Assembly (NCBI GenBank): GCA_963730995.1
Contig: CAVSUB010000005.1
Coordinates: 67,408 to 131,407, forward strand
Length of the DNA stretch: 64,000 bases
DNA from: an uncultured Acidobacteriota bacterium
GTDB taxonomy: Bacteria; Acidobacteriota; Vicinamibacteria; Vicinamibacterales; 2-12-FULL-66-21
Direction: 5' to 3'
Below are positions 28,077-36,675 of the stretch, piece after piece (the first letter of the stretch is position 1; each line of letters opens with the position of its first letter). The notes under the pieces are model-generated. The model worked only from the letters and a program-made list of their open reading frames with translations. It searched no databases and was not told the origin of the DNA. The position numbers were made by a program, and so were the translations under genes.

Positions 28077-30356
28077 CTAGAACTGGACCACGAACGGGTT
28101 CAACTCGCCCTCCTGGACGGCTCGAGGGAGCCAGCCTTGCTGTACGGGGACGTCATAGAGACGGCCCGGTCCGAAGCGGGCCCAGAAGTGGCGAAGGCCC
28201 GGCGCGACCACCCGCACGACGGGGAGCCCGACGTCGGGTCGGGTCTGATTGAGGACGAGAATCTCGATGCCTCGGGCCGTTGCAATCCTCTGACACAGGA
28301 GGATGTCTTTCTGGAGATCGTCTGAAGCGACCTGCTCGAAGTCCTGCAGCCGCCTCGGAGTCGCCTCGGGGTCGGGCGCCAGGTAACCGGCGTCCGCAAT
28401 CCTGACGGTGCGCCACCAACGAAGGGCGTCGGGGCCTCCTCTATAACTGCGCGTCGATTCCGGCCCGTTCGCAGCCGGCACCGCCTCCAGCGACTGATTC
28501 ACCTCGGTCAGCGCTCTTGTCAACGCGACGGCGGGATCGAGATGCGATCCGAAGCCATAGATGACATCCTCTTCGGGCGCGTCCACCCGTCTGGATATCG
28601 CCGCGAAGGTTGGCACTCCGATGTCGCTCGTGACGTCGAGCGCCCAGAGGTCGCGGGCCAGCTCGCCGTAGTGACGGACGAGTCCGGAAATGTAGGGATC
28701 GTCCGCGCTCTCGAGATCCACTGCGGGTCGTCTCAACCGGTTGTACCACCAGATGGCGACGGCATCGCGCTCCACCAGCTCGAGAAATCCCTGCAGAACG
28801 GCTTCCTCGAGGACCGAACCCGCGGCGCACCCGTTGGAGTCGGCACGTGCAAAGAGCGGATCCGCGCTGCGATAACCGAAGTAGCAGTACGACGTTGGCA
28901 GGTAGCGGGTTTGCTCGGCCGAGAGGGACCACAGCGGCGTCCACTCGATCTCCACGTCCTCTCGAAACGGCTCCGGCACCCAGTGGGCCTTGTGGTCCCG
29001 CCGATTGTGGGAGTCGCGCTCCGCATACTGCCGGTCGCTGTATCTCAGACAGGCGTTCGGGTGAATCGCTGCGTCCCCGAGGTCCGCGAACGAAGCGCGG
29101 ACACGCGGTTCGGTTCCGTCGAAGACGCCGCAATACCGCTCCAACGATTCAGCCAACGCGCTCGCGCGGGCCTGTTCCGGACTCTTCCCTTTCCCTCCCG
29201 AACGCCGCCGCATGCCTTCCCGGAGGAAAAAGCGATCGTCGTGCATGTCCGAAAAGTTGTGATCGGCCGCGAACGTCGGTGTGAGCGACGGCCGGCCGTC
29301 AATCGAACCTCCGCTCCGTTCTCCGGGTACCAGCGCGCTCACAATGCCCGTGATCGGACTGACGTGACGATCGAGCTGCTCGAGCACCTCACGAGGCTGC
29401 TGAGCGCGGTGACCGCCGTCAGATGCGTGGATCTTGGGTCGCGGCTGAAAGCGCACCGGCCGCGGAATCAGGAGCTCGTTCGACTCGGAGCCGCCGCAGG
29501 ACGGGCACTGCGGACGACGAGTGAGGATGTGCCGATGACGTTCGAGCGTGAGGACGTTCGTCGACAGCACACGATCGAGGAGCGCCGATTGCCCTCCTGA
29601 ACCGATCCAGCGCGTGATCTGGGTGGCCGCTTCGGCGAGGGATGCGTGCCCGGTTGAGGCGATCGATCCGGCGGGCGGGGCTATCGGAAGACTTGTGCCC
29701 GTACGCAGCGCCAGATACTGCTCGAGTTTCCGGTGCCCGCGGAGCCGTTGAGCGAGACACTCCCAGCAGCCGGTCCGGCCGGGCACGAAGAGCGGCCCGA
29801 TCCAGGTCTCCATCCCCATCGGCTTCACCAGAAGCCAGGGCTTTCCCGACGCCAGCGATCGCACGTTCCACGCCGCAAGTGCCGGGCGGAGGTAATCGTC
29901 CGTCACCGCGACAGCAACATCACCGTCGAGCCCCACTGAAATCCCGTTCTCGCCGAGCGTCGCCGTGAGAGATTCGATCTCGACGTCGCCGAACGGCATC
30001 GCCGAAACGCGCGCGCGGGCGAGGCGCGACCGCGCCACGGCGGGAGCCACACCGGCGTTTTCCCAGAATGTCGCCGTGGAAGGCCTGCCGCCGCCGGCGC
30101 CCTCAGCGAGGTACCCGGTCGTCTTCAGATGGTCGAGGGCCGCGAAAACCTGCTCTGCAGGATAGACCTCGCAGAGTCCGTCGAAGATCGCTTCGACGTC
30201 GTGCGCGCCGTCGAGCATGGGCGCGAGAGCAGCGTAGATCGGATCCGGCATCCACGCCTGCCGGCCTTCCCCGATCAGAAAGAGCCCATCATCGGAGTCG
30301 ATGATGGGTCGCACGCCGCACTTGAACCGGGGACGAGCCGACGCCTCCTCGTCCAT
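28077..30356 (-). CDS. Fused RRE/ocin-ThiF-YcaO cyclodehydratase (TOMM/cyanobactin PatD-like)
   Basis: TDDYL, GPLFVPGRTGCWECL, RPQCPSC, SPITGIV, AESLERY, DSNGCAAG, ELVERDA, RFGPGRLYDVP. Confidence 0.95.
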   Translation of the reverse strand: MDEEASARPRFKCGVRPIIDSDDGLFLIGEGRQAWMPDPIYAALAPMLDGAHDVEAIFDGLCEVYPAEQVFAALDHLKTTGYLAEGAGGGRPSTATFWENAGVAPAVARSRLARARVSAMPFGDVEIESLTATLGENGISVGLDGDVAVAVTDDYLRPALAAWNVRSLASGKPWLLVKPMGMETWIGPLFVPGRTGCWECLAQRLRGHRKLEQYLALRTGTSLPIAPPAGSIASTGHASLAEAATQITRWIGSGGQSALLDRVLSTNVLTLERHRHILTRRPQCPSCGGSESNELLIPRPVRFQPRPKIHASDGGHRAQQPREVLEQLDRHVSPITGIVSALVPGERSGGSIDGRPSLTPTFAADHNFSDMHDDRFFLREGMRRRSGGKGKSPEQARASALAESLERYCGVFDGTEPRVRASFADLGDAAIHPNACLRYSDRQYAERDSHNRRDHKAHWVPEPFREDVEIEWTPLWSLSAEQTRYLPTSYCYFGYRSADPLFARADSNGCAAGSVLEEAVLQGFLELVERDAVAIWWYNRLRRPAVDLESADDPYISGLVRHYGELARDLWALDVTSDIGVPTFAAISRRVDAPEEDVIYGFGSHLDPAVALTRALTEVNQSLEAVPAANGPESTRSYRGGPDALRWWRTVRIADAGYLAPDPEATPRRLQDFEQVASDDLQKDILLCQRIATARGIEILVLNQTRPDVGLPVVRVVAPGLRHFWARFGPGRLYDVPVQQGWLPRAVQEGELNPFVVQF

Positions 30357-30382
30357 GTGAAGCACTCGAGGCGAAGCTCGTC

Positions 30383-30610
30383 TCAGCAGCAGGCGGGAGG
30401 CGTCGTCGCGACAGGAGACTTATGGAGCGAGCCGGCATCGCCCTTTGGTCGAGGGGCGATCCTCACTACCTTATCGAAGGTCTTGCCGGCTTCCTTGGCG
30501 TACTTCTTCACGGCCTTGGTCGGATCAGTTTCCAGGAGCTTGCGGAATTCCGGGTCACGCCATGCCTTCGCATGGATCTGGCCCCAATCCTTCTTGGTTG
30601 GTGCGCCCAT
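30383..30610 (-). CDS. NHLP-leader-like RiPP precursor peptide (75 aa, C-terminus PPACC)
   Basis: AKAWRDPEFRKLLETDP..A leader motif; AAGGAGA RBS; immediately upstream of the YcaO gene. Confidence 0.9.
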   Translation of the reverse strand: MGAPTKKDWGQIHAKAWRDPEFRKLLETDPTKAVKKYAKEAGKTFDKVVRIAPRPKGDAGSLHKSPVATTPPACC

Positions 30611-30676
30611 CGATCTGTCTCCTTTTGAAAGGGGGAGTCGATTACGCGGTGCAGTGCCGCGGCCCGACTGAGCCGT

Positions 30677-30706
30677 AACGTATGCTTTGCTGCCTCGCTC
30701 TGTCAA
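30677..30706 (-). promoter_or_regulatory. Sigma70-like promoter for the precursor operon
   Basis: TTGACA (30706-30701), 18-bp spacer, TACGTT (30682-30677). Confidence 0.5.
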
Positions 30707-30771
30707 GAAACATAATCCGCCGGTACTGGGTCAGGTTGCCTGCGCGCCCGGGTCAGGAGGGACGGAGAGAG

Positions 30772-31030
30772 CGGAGTTCACAACGGAGGAACGGAGAGAA
30801 CGAAGGCGAAACGGAGAAGACGCAGCGGCGTGACCGCGCGAAGCGCGGTCGAGTGACGAGGGGCGCGACGGGCGCAAGTGGGTGGGGGGCGTGGGCCACT
30901 TGTGCCCGTCGCGACCCCTCGCCACTCGGACGCCGGCCGCGGCCGGCGTCACGCCCCACCCGGCCGAGTCGAACCACATCCTCTTCTCCGTTCGTCCCCC
31001 GTTGGCTCCGTTCCTCCGTTGTGAACTCCG
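30772..31030. repeat. MITE/REP-like structured element with perfect 25-bp terminal inverted repeats
   Basis: CGGAGTTCACAACGGAGGAACGGAG at 30772-30796 and its reverse complement at 31006-31030; internal hairpin 30851-30928. Confidence 0.75.
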
Positions 31031-31092
31031 TTGTCTTCGCAACCTCCTGCTCGCGTCCGCCCCAGCTTCTCGGCAGTCGATCTGATGACCCA

Positions 31093-32403
31093 CTACCAAT
31101 CCGCCCGCGCGTGCACACGAAAGCGTCCTGACTCTTCGCGCGCTGGGATCAACCGGAACCGGCGAGCCACCAGAAGGCTGATTACGGTCATTTGCAGCAT
31201 CGCCAGGCGGGCGCCGATGCAGGCGCGAGGGCCGGCGCCGAACGGGAGGTACACCGACCGGAGTGTGGCACCGGAGCCTCCTTTCATGAAACGCTCGGGA
31301 AGGAACCGATGCGGTTCCGGAAAGTGGCGCGGGTCGAGATGAAGGAGCTGCGGGCTCACCCACACGGCGGCATCGCGGGCGAACTCGAACCCACCCAGCT
31401 CGAAGGCGCTGTCCACCTCCCGGTAGAGGATGGGAGCGGGTGGATGCAGACGCATGCTCTCCTTCAACGCGGCAAGGCAGTACGATTCCAGGAGATCGGA
31501 CGAACCGGGGACTCCGCCCGCACAGAGCCGATCGGCCTCGGCGGCAATGGCCGCACCGAGATCGTTGCCGGCGATGTCGCTCCAGAGGTGCAGGAGGCTG
31601 AAGGGAACCGTCAGATGTCCGGCGTAGAGCATCTGTATGACTTCTCCCACGATTTCGTCGCGCGTGAGCCCTCCGCCGTCGGGAAACCCCGCCTGAACGA
31701 GGTCCGAGAGGACGTCTCCGCGTCCTTCACGGCTCGCGATGCGCTCGTCGATGATGCGTATCGCCGTCTCCATCCGCCGCGGAGCACGAGGCCGTACCAT
31801 GACCAGTGGCCCGCTCGGATCGCCTCCCGGAGCGCTGGCGTAGTCTTCGCCGTACAATTCGTCGAACGGAACGATGCCGGAGCGGCGTTCGCTCGGACCG
31901 TACCCCTCGAGTTCCGCGTCCAGCACGACACGGGCGGCGATTCTGGCCGTGAGAATGCGCAGTTCCCTCGCCAGATCGATGACCTTGTCGGGCGCCGGCT
32001 CGCACTCCCAGGAATCGAGCATGGCCTCAGCACATTCGGCCACGACCGGCAGGCGATCCGACACGGGTCGCGGACGGAAGGATGGACGCAGTGCCTGCCT
32101 GTGCGCCTGCCAGGCGGATCCCTCGAGCGTCGTGAGGCCGTCGCCCCAGTGGCCGCGATTGGAGTCCTTGACGAACTCCGGTTTGCGGAGACAGGCTTCA
32201 CGCTCGAACAACAGCTCGCGAACCTGGGATGCGCCGTTAACGAGGATGCTGGGCGAGCGTCCGAGATCGAACGCAACGACATCTCCGTACCGATCCGCGA
32301 GCGCCCTCAGGAATCCGAACATGTCCGTCTGCCAGGCCTCGTAGTTGACGATGCCCGAATGCTCACCCCGTGGGCCCGGCGGACGTGTCGGCATCAGGCT
32401 CAT
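31093..32403 (-). CDS. Cytochrome P450
   Basis: YAGHLT I-helix, ESMR (ExxR), FLPERF, PFGAGPRACIG heme Cys. Confidence 0.95.
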   Translation of the reverse strand: MSLMPTRPPGPRGEHSGIVNYEAWQTDMFGFLRALADRYGDVVAFDLGRSPSILVNGASQVRELLFEREACLRKPEFVKDSNRGHWGDGLTTLEGSAWQAHRQALRPSFRPRPVSDRLPVVAECAEAMLDSWECEPAPDKVIDLARELRILTARIAARVVLDAELEGYGPSERRSGIVPFDELYGEDYASAPGGDPSGPLVMVRPRAPRRMETAIRIIDERIASREGRGDVLSDLVQAGFPDGGGLTRDEIVGEVIQMLYAGHLTVPFSLLHLWSDIAGNDLGAAIAAEADRLCAGGVPGSSDLLESYCLAALKESMRLHPPAPILYREVDSAFELGGFEFARDAAVWVSPQLLHLDPRHFPEPHRFLPERFMKGGSGATLRSVYLPFGAGPRACIGARLAMLQMTVISLLVARRFRLIPAREESGRFRVHARADW

Positions 32404-32420
32404 CCCTTCGATATCCTCGC

Positions 32421-33758
32421 ATGACCTCTGATTCGGTTCACTGGACGTACGCGCTCGCGGCCGACGTGCGCGTCGAACCGGGCGACGGGGGTATCTTCCT
32501 TCGCACTCCCACTGACGAGATCTGGATGGAAGGCGCGGTCGAAATCGGAGCGCTCGAACTGCTCGCGAGCGTTGACAGCAGCGAGGCCCAGCTCCACGCC
32601 CGACTTCGGAGTGGTCCCGACGCCGACGATGCGGAGACGCGCTGCGCGGCGCTGCTCTTTCAACTCGATCGGCTGGGACTCCTCTCGCGAACCATCAATA
32701 GCAAGGAACGCCGGCTGGTGTCGTGTGTGCCGCTGCGGCCTCCACCAGGCCCGCCTCCGGAGCGCCCACCCGACGGGCCGCTCCGACTCTCGCATCGTGC
32801 GCTCGCTCGAGTCGAAGCCCACGTCCTGGTCCTCGAGCTCCCGGGCGCCTGGGCGCGAATCGCGATTCATGACCGCGACCTGTTTCCGCTCCTGCACGAT
32901 TTGGCAGTTGGCCGTTCGGCGTCCCAGGTGGCAGTGGCCGGTCATTCCGGGCAGGCCATTCTGGCGGTCCTTGCGCTCATGGATTGGTGTGGGCTCTTCG
33001 GCGAACCGGAAGCCGACGGATGGTCCGGCCACGATCTGCTCTTTCACGCCCGCACTCGGAGAGGGTACGCACGCGTAGCGCTCGGAAAAACCGGGTTTGG
33101 GGCGCCGGCGCCGGATGCCATCGCGATCGAAGGCCGGGACCATGTCGCACTCGAGCCGCCGGATCTCGCGCGACTCCTCCTCGAGGATCCGCCGTACGCG
33201 CTGGTTTCCGAGCGGCGGCAATCCCTCAGGCGGCAGGGATCGATTCCGATTACGTCGAACCAGCTCTCGGAGTTTCTGTTTCGGACGCTTCACGAGCAGG
33301 GCGGCAGGCGTCCTTACCCGAGCGGGGGCGCCTGCTATCCGTTGAAGGCATACGTCGGCATCCACCAGTGCAGCGGCGTTGCGCCGGGCCTCTACGCGTA
33401 CGCACCGACCCGCCACGAGCTTGTCAGGTTGAGCGAACCAGGGCCTCGGCTCGACAGCCTGCTTTCGGACGCGGCGGCGGCGGCCAACGTCGAGCGGCCT
33501 CCACAGATTCTGATCGTGCTCGCCGCGCGCTTCACTCGCACGCAACGGGTCTACGGAGATCTCAGCTACAGCCTGATCCTCAAAGAGGTCGGCGCGGTGT
33601 TTCAAGCGGCGATGATGGCGGCGGCGGCGATGAGGCTGGCGGCCTGTCCGCTGGGTTGTGGAGACTCGCTTCAGTTCTCCGAGCTCGCCGGCGTGGACCC
33701 GCTGACCGAAACGTCGGTGGGAGAGATGATGGTGGGATCCATCGACGACAACGTTTGA
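32421..33758 (+). CDS. SagB/ThcOx-family azoline dehydrogenase with N-terminal RRE-like region
   Basis: HDLLFHAR.R.G, RRQSLR, RPYPSGGACYPL, YSLILKEVG.VFQ. Confidence 0.88.
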   Translation: MTSDSVHWTYALAADVRVEPGDGGIFLRTPTDEIWMEGAVEIGALELLASVDSSEAQLHARLRSGPDADDAETRCAALLFQLDRLGLLSRTINSKERRLVSCVPLRPPPGPPPERPPDGPLRLSHRALARVEAHVLVLELPGAWARIAIHDRDLFPLLHDLAVGRSASQVAVAGHSGQAILAVLALMDWCGLFGEPEADGWSGHDLLFHARTRRGYARVALGKTGFGAPAPDAIAIEGRDHVALEPPDLARLLLEDPPYALVSERRQSLRRQGSIPITSNQLSEFLFRTLHEQGGRRPYPSGGACYPLKAYVGIHQCSGVAPGLYAYAPTRHELVRLSEPGPRLDSLLSDAAAAANVERPPQILIVLAARFTRTQRVYGDLSYSLILKEVGAVFQAAMMAAAAMRLAACPLGCGDSLQFSELAGVDPLTETSVGEMMVGSIDDNV

Positions 33759-33773
33759 CTGCCAGTCACATCA

Positions 33774-33840
33774 GTTGGTGTAGCGCGGGGTCTTCAGACC
33801 CCGCGCCGGCGGGGCTTGAAAGCCCCGCCCTACAACCAAC
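33774..33840. repeat. GTAG-type REP doublet (REPIN)
   Basis: GTAGCGCGGGGTCTTCAGACCCCGCG ... CGGGGCTTGAAAGCCCCGCCCTAC. Confidence 0.75.
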
Positions 33841-33912
33841 AAATGCGGGCTCAGGGACTGCCCGGGGACGCGGCCCGGGTGTCGCGAACTCGGACCGAAC
33901 GCTATCCAACGC

Positions 33913-36432
33913 TCACTTGCGGGTGGGACCGACCACGAACCCGATCGAGCGCTCAATGGGGTTGTAGAACTTCCCGAACTCGGGCGACGCGACGTTGTTC
34001 TGCACGTCGCGCTCGTCGCCGGTGCTGAACGCGTTGTAGATCTTGATGCCGCCGCTGAAGCCCCACTTCTTGAAACGCAAGTTACGCACGAGCGAGAAGT
34101 CGAGGGTCGACACCGTCGGGAGCCGGCCCGACTCGTTGCGCGTGCCGACGAAATCTTGAAACTCGTCGACGGCCGACCAGGGGAATCCGGATCGCCACTC
34201 ATACAGCGGCGTGAAGACCCATTTGCCGGGCAGACCAATGGTGCCGCGAACGATCAGTCGATTCGGGACATCGGTCGGGCTGAGCGAGTTCGCGTTCGAT
34301 CGGATGATCGGGTTCCTGAAATTGCCGAAGAACTGATCGTAATCGTTGAGGTCGCGCTCGCCGTGCGAGCGCACGTAGGACACGCTCAAGTCCCGGTATT
34401 CGCTGGCCAGAAACCGTCCGGTGGTCTCGAGCTCCCAGTATTTCGACTCGCCGACCGAACCGAGCGTGAGGACGCCACGGCTCGGATCCGGATCCAGGAT
34501 GTACGCGTGCGATCCGTTGCGATGCAGATAGGCGCTCTTGAAGAAGAAGCGGCGGCCAAATCGCTGGTCCCAGGCGACCGTCTGCACGATGCTCTCGGGC
34601 GTCTTCAACGTGTCAGTGACGTGAACGAAGGTGACGGGGACGCCGAGGGAGGTACCATCCGAGGCGAACCGGCTCACCGTCTGCACGTCGTACTGCGTGA
34701 ACGCGCCGATGGTCAGCGGCGTGCGCTCCGCGAACTTGCCGAACCCGCCACGGAGAATGCCTCGACCCTCGGGCAGAAGGCTGATGGACATTCCCACGCG
34801 CGGTGAATAGTTGACTCGCTCGACGATGTCGTCGCGATCGGACCGCATGCCCAGCTCGAAGATCAACCGATCGCTGACGCGCCAGCGATCCTGCGCAAAG
34901 AGAGCGAACTCGGTCCCGTGGACTTCCGGATGCGTCAGGGACGGCGCATACGTGGTCCGCTCGGCCAGAGACCCGTCGAAGCGGACGGCATCGACCTCCT
35001 GGCTGTAGGCGTCGCCGTCGAACCTGGAGTGCTGGAGATCGAGGCCGACCTTGAACACATGCTGTCCCAGCCAGTCATCCTTCGAGAACGTCAGGGCCTC
35101 GACCAGTTGCAGGCTGTGGACGTTGCGTTCCTGACGATTGAAGAAATTGCCGCTCTGCCCCTGCGGCGCGTAGACCATTGGCAGCTCGCCTTTGGTTTTC
35201 TGATCGACCTCGAATGTGCGCGCCGCCAGGGTCGATTCGAGAACGGCATGCGACGACACGATCAGCCGGTCGACCAGGCCAGCCGAAAAGCCGGACTGGG
35301 TGAACTTGGGTGTCGTCTCCGTTGGGCGAAACGTCGAGAGGGTCGCGTTCGAGATCTTCCGAGGGAAGTAGATCAAGCCGCCGGTCAGCGCATGACGCGT
35401 CGATAGAACCGCGTCGAGCCGCGTGAACGAGTCGAAGCTGTCCAAGCCGATCTCAGGATTGTCCGGGAGGGTCTTGATCTGCTTCCGAACGAATCGGTAC
35501 TGCAAGTATTCGCCGAACAACAGGCGATCGCGCTTGAGCGGTCCCGAAATCGAGAGGCGGGGTTCGAACTTGTCGACGAACGCGAAACCTTTTCCGAACC
35601 CCGGCACGAGGTTGTCGGGCTTCACGACCCAGTCGTTGGTGCCGCGCTTCGTGCGGACCTGCGTCACACTGGTGGAGAACCGGCCGTATTCTGCGGCAAA
35701 TGGATTGGACAGGACCTCGACAGACTCCACCGCGCCGCTGGGCAGCTCCAGATCGAAGTCTCCTGTCGAGGGATCGTTCAGGCTGGCGCTGCTGACCTGA
35801 AGCGCGCCGCTCGTTGGCGCACCCCCTTTGATCCGCAATCGGCCCTGCGGATCGCGCATGATGCTCGGGAGCACCGTCAGGAGCGACTGAAAGTCATCGC
35901 CGGCCAGTGGCTGGATGTCCATCTTCGCGCCGGTGAGCACGTCGCTCACGGCGACCGGCTGCATGCTCTCGGTCGGCGAGTTGGCGGGCACGACGACGTC
36001 CACGCTCTCGCGGACGAAGGTCAATCGCATTTCGACCAGGACCCGTTCCGTTTCGCCGGCCTTGACGGTGAACGGGGAGGACTCGCTGTCGGCAAACCCG
36101 TCGCGGAAGGCCCGGACGACGTATCGGCCGACAGGCACGTCGGGGAACGCAAGCTCGCCCATCCCATCGCTGGTGGTCTGCGCGACCACGACGTTTCCGT
36201 CCACGCTTCGCAGCGCCACGTTCACTGCCGGAATGCGGACGCCTTCCAGCGCAAGTGTCACCGACACACGTCCGGAACCGGAAGCTGGCGGCTGTGTGCC
36301 TGGCGGCTGTGTGGCTGGCGCCTGCGGTGCAGTCGCTCGAGTGGCCCGCTCGATGTGAGCTGCCGGGCGGCCGGTGGACGCGGCGCCGGCCGCAGAGATG
36401 CTGACGACGAGGAGTGCGATTAGAGGTGCCAT
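33913..36432 (-). CDS. TonB-dependent receptor with carboxypeptidase-regulatory-like N-terminal domain
   Basis: Signal peptide; VPVGRYVVRA..GF; plug AVESVEVL..AEYGR; beta-barrel C-terminus. Confidence 0.85.
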   Translation of the reverse strand: MAPLIALLVVSISAAGAASTGRPAAHIERATRATAPQAPATQPPGTQPPASGSGRVSVTLALEGVRIPAVNVALRSVDGNVVVAQTTSDGMGELAFPDVPVGRYVVRAFRDGFADSESSPFTVKAGETERVLVEMRLTFVRESVDVVVPANSPTESMQPVAVSDVLTGAKMDIQPLAGDDFQSLLTVLPSIMRDPQGRLRIKGGAPTSGALQVSSASLNDPSTGDFDLELPSGAVESVEVLSNPFAAEYGRFSTSVTQVRTKRGTNDWVVKPDNLVPGFGKGFAFVDKFEPRLSISGPLKRDRLLFGEYLQYRFVRKQIKTLPDNPEIGLDSFDSFTRLDAVLSTRHALTGGLIYFPRKISNATLSTFRPTETTPKFTQSGFSAGLVDRLIVSSHAVLESTLAARTFEVDQKTKGELPMVYAPQGQSGNFFNRQERNVHSLQLVEALTFSKDDWLGQHVFKVGLDLQHSRFDGDAYSQEVDAVRFDGSLAERTTYAPSLTHPEVHGTEFALFAQDRWRVSDRLIFELGMRSDRDDIVERVNYSPRVGMSISLLPEGRGILRGGFGKFAERTPLTIGAFTQYDVQTVSRFASDGTSLGVPVTFVHVTDTLKTPESIVQTVAWDQRFGRRFFFKSAYLHRNGSHAYILDPDPSRGVLTLGSVGESKYWELETTGRFLASEYRDLSVSYVRSHGERDLNDYDQFFGNFRNPIIRSNANSLSPTDVPNRLIVRGTIGLPGKWVFTPLYEWRSGFPWSAVDEFQDFVGTRNESGRLPTVSTLDFSLVRNLRFKKWGFSGGIKIYNAFSTGDERDVQNNVASPEFGKFYNPIERSIGFVVGPTRK

Positions 36433-36675
36433 GGTCAGGACGAATGCAGAAAGAGGAACAGTATGACGCTTGACGGGCCAAACTTGTCAGGTTTGTCGCC
36501 GGCCGTCGAGGGGAGGAGGCAGGGATGTGGATCCAGCCGACGCGTCGTTGACGCCCTCGGCCAGGTGCTCGTCGAGCACGCGCGACGCGGGATACCGGCT
36601 CGAAGGTTCACACAGCAGGTCGTCGGAATGTTACGCACAGCACCATGAACGGTTGATGACAGGCTGCGTGATCAG

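Noticed and set aside
30365-30385. Selenocysteine readthrough of the precursor's Cys-Cys-TGA (small hairpin just after the stop)
   Set aside because: The hairpin is only 4 bp and starts 2 nt after UGA, unlike a bacterial SECIS; readthrough runs out of frame into the YcaO gene
30383-30610. Nitrile hydratase alpha subunit
   Set aside because: Only the leader-like segment is similar; no CxxCSC metal site and no beta subunit
30611-30706. 107-aa version of the precursor starting at TTG 30706
   Set aside because: That TTG is part of the TTGACA box; ATG 30610 has a strong AAGGAGA RBS
33913-36432. TonB receptor as importer of the RiPP product
   Set aside because: Convergent with SagB, separated by a REP, generic receptor type, no Fur-like box seen; adjacency is the only evidence
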